Assembly: GCA_020184695.1 (NCBI GenBank)
Contig: JAANOX010000101.1
Location: forward strand, 62,001-126,000
Length of the DNA stretch: 64,000 nucleotides
Source: Histomonas meleagridis 2922-C6/04-290x
Lineage: Eukaryota > Protista > Parabasalia
Direction of reading: 5' to 3'
The notes beneath the pieces were generated by a model that was not told the DNA's origin, did not search any database, and saw only the letters and a list, made by a program, of their open reading frames with translations. Positions 61,143 to 64,000 of this stretch are shown piece after piece. The position numbers and the translations under genes are program-made. Within the stretch, counting starts at the first letter, position 1, and each line of letters starts with the position of its first letter.

Positions 61143-64000
61143 TTAAGTTCTGTATTTTATTTTGAATATAGAACGGTTAAATTTAACCTTTTGATTACCC
61201 CTTTTTGAGTGTCGACCGTTTATTGACCGTCGGTTATAATTTGTATTGATTTCTTTTTGTTTAAGTAATCCAATGATTTCTTTTGTGCTATACTCAGATG
61301 CAATCAGAAGTGCTGTTCTAAATAATTTATATTATTTCCAGAAAAAAATTTAAAATATAAAATTAGTAAAATAAACCCCAAACAAACCATATAACCATCC
61401 TTAATATTAATATCAATTTCTTCTTGTTCAAGAAGTAATTTAACTATTTCTATATCGCTTTTTTGAGATGCAATCATAAGTGCTGTTTTAAATAGTTTGA
61501 ATAATTTCCAAATATTATATTGAAATCCAAAATCATTAAAATAAATTTTAAATAAAACAAATAAATATCTTGAGCATTAATATCAATTCTTTCTTGTTCA
61601 AGAAGTAATTTAACTATTTCTGTTTTTCCATTCCAAGATGCAATCATAAGTGCTGTCCAAAATAATTTAAATAATTTCCAAACAATATTTTAAAATAGCA
61701 AATTATTAAAATAAATCCAAAGTAAAACAAATAAATATCTTTAGCATTAACATCAATTCTTTCTTGTTCAAGAAGTAATTTAACTATTTCTATACAACCT
61801 TTTTCAGATGCAATCATAAGCGCTGTTTTAAATAATATTAATAATTCCCAAATATTATTTTTAAATAAGAAATAAAACAAATAAATTCTAAATAAAATAC
61901 ATAAATATTTTTTTCGTTAATATCAATTCCTTCTTGTTCAAGAAGTAATTTAACTATTTCTGTATGACCATAAAAAGATGCACAAATAAGTGCTGTTTTT
62001 TTGAATTTAAATAATTTCCAAATATTATTTTGAAATATTAAATTATTAAAATAAAATTTAAATAAATCAAATAAATATCTTGAGCATTAATATCAATTCC
62101 TTCTTTTTCAAGAAGTAATTTAACTATTTCTAAAAACTTCTTTTTACTTGCATAAATAAGTGCTGTTTTTTTTAATTTAAGTAATTTCCAAAAATTATTT
62201 AAAAATATCAAATTATTAAAATAATGATTAAATAAAATAAAGAAATATCCTCAGTATTAATATTAATACTTTCTTGTTCAAGAAGTAATGTAACTATTTC
62301 TCTCCTATCTTCTTCAGAAGCATACATAAGTGCTGTTTTAAATAACCTGAATAATTCCCAAATATTAAAGAGAAATATAAATTTATAAAAATAAGCCCTA
62401 TATATTAAATCCTAACATTCTTAGAATTAATATTAATTCCTTTTTGTATAAGTGATTTAACCATTTCTATGTCACCTACTAAAGATGCCAATATAAAAAT
62501 TATTTGAAATAATATGAATTATTTTCAAATATTATCTATAAATATCAAATTATTAGAAAAGAAATAAACTTTAGTTAGTATATCGATTCCTTTTTGTTTA
62601 ACAACTGATTTAAGTAATCTCTTATAATTTTTTTCAGATGCATTCATAATGTCTACATATAATTATTTAAATAATTTCTAATTATCAAAATAAAATATCA
62701 ATATCTTGTAAATTAATTTCAATTTCATCTTTTTCAAGAAGTAATTTCACTAATTCTTTATTGAAATTTTTTAATAAAAATATGAGTGCTGTAAAATATC
62801 ATATGAATAAAAGCCAAATATTATTTTGAAACATAAATTTATAAACATATACGCTGGGTAATACATAATAACATCTTTTGCATTAATATCAATACCTTTT
62901 TGCTCAAGAAGTATTTTAGCTATTTCTTTTTGCTTATAAACAGCTGCATAAATAAGTGCAGTTTCAAAAAAATTTAATAATTTCCAAATATTATTTTAAA
63001 ATATTATATTATTCAAACAAATATTATACATAATATATAAATATTTTTAGCATTAATATCAATTCCTTTTTGCCTAAGAAGTAAATTAACTATTCTTATA
63101 TTCCCATTTTTAGTTGCAAGCATGAGTGATGTTTCATATACTTTAAAGAATTTCCAAATTTTGTTTGGAAATATAAAATCATCAAAATAAATTAAATAAA
63201 AAGTTAGTAAACAGTTTTGGAATTAATATCAATTCCTTCTTGTTTAAGAAGTAGTTCCACTATTTCAAAACGATTTTCTTCAGATGACCAAATAAGTGGT
63301 GTTAGTAATATTGTAATTTTATTCCAAATATAATGTGCAAATATCGTAATATTGAAATCAATATAGAATCAAAGAAAAAAACATCTTTGGAATTAATATC
63401 AATTCCTTTTTGCTCAACGAGTGTTTTGACAATCTCAACATGACCATAAATAGATGCATAAATAAGAGCCGACCAAAATATTTTAAATAAATTCCAAATA
63501 TTATATTAAATCATTAAATTATTAAAATAAATCCAAACTTAAAGAAATATATATCTTGAGCATTAATATCAATTTCTTTTTGCTCAACTAGTGTTTTGAC
63601 AACATTAATACGACCATTTTCAGCTGCAAGATTAAGTGCTGTATTAAATAGACTAAATAAATTCCAAATAATATTTATAAATATTAATATATAAAAATAA
63701 ATATTAAATAAAACTTTTAAACATTATTAGCATTAATATCAATTCCTTTTTGTTCAAGAAGTAATTCAACTACTTTTTGATGTCCTTTTTTAGATGCAAG
63801 CATAAGTAATGTATTAAATAATTTAAACATTTTCCAAATTCCATATTGAAAAATAATATTATGAAAATAAATCGTAAAACAATAAATTGAATATCTTTAC
63901 AATTAATGTTTACATTTTTTTGTTTTAACAAAAATTTTATTACTTCTATTTGACCATATAAAGATGCATAAAAAATTGCTGTTTTATATAATTTAAGAAA
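61143..64000 (-). CDS. Ankyrin locus 4 (5' end outside window): 17 repeats, 16 complete insert-bearing hairpins, open to stop at 61143..61145 once inserts are removed
   Basis: All 87-90-nt repeat bodies and all single-codon segments translate without a stop. Confidence 0.75.

Overview
This is an AT-rich, gene-dense, intron-poor eukaryotic window. It is most consistent with a parabasalid (Tritrichomonas/Trichomonas-like; inferred from Inr-like TCA(T/C)TTT motifs, BspA-like LRR surface proteins and DUF3447-type ankyrin genes). It holds about 30 housekeeping or hypothetical genes, including poly(A) polymerase, CBP80-like, TAF5-like, glucosidase II beta, centrin, PACRG, FKBP-TPR, LRR-PP2C, histone H1-like and RING. 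It also holds a decayed Merlin and a decayed mariner transposon, a 94/95-bp minisatellite, and four minus-strand ankyrin loci. The standout is in the ankyrin loci. At every beta-hairpin (KD-x-x-G-x-TAL) the four loop codons are split into single codons, each preceded by an AT-rich insert of exactly 17 nt with no GT-AG ends. Spacers are 80 = 4x(17+3), 63 (3 inserts) or 46 nt (2 inserts). Removing the 17-mers by hand turns 46 spacers into ankyrin hairpins (Gly at the expected position in 38/46 by my count). It also turns 25371..27196 into one uninterrupted 517-aa ORF. This suggests an unrecognised 17-nt excision or bypass mechanism acting at the hypervariable positions of a natural DARPin-like repertoire. 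The mechanism is inference and needs RNA or protein data.
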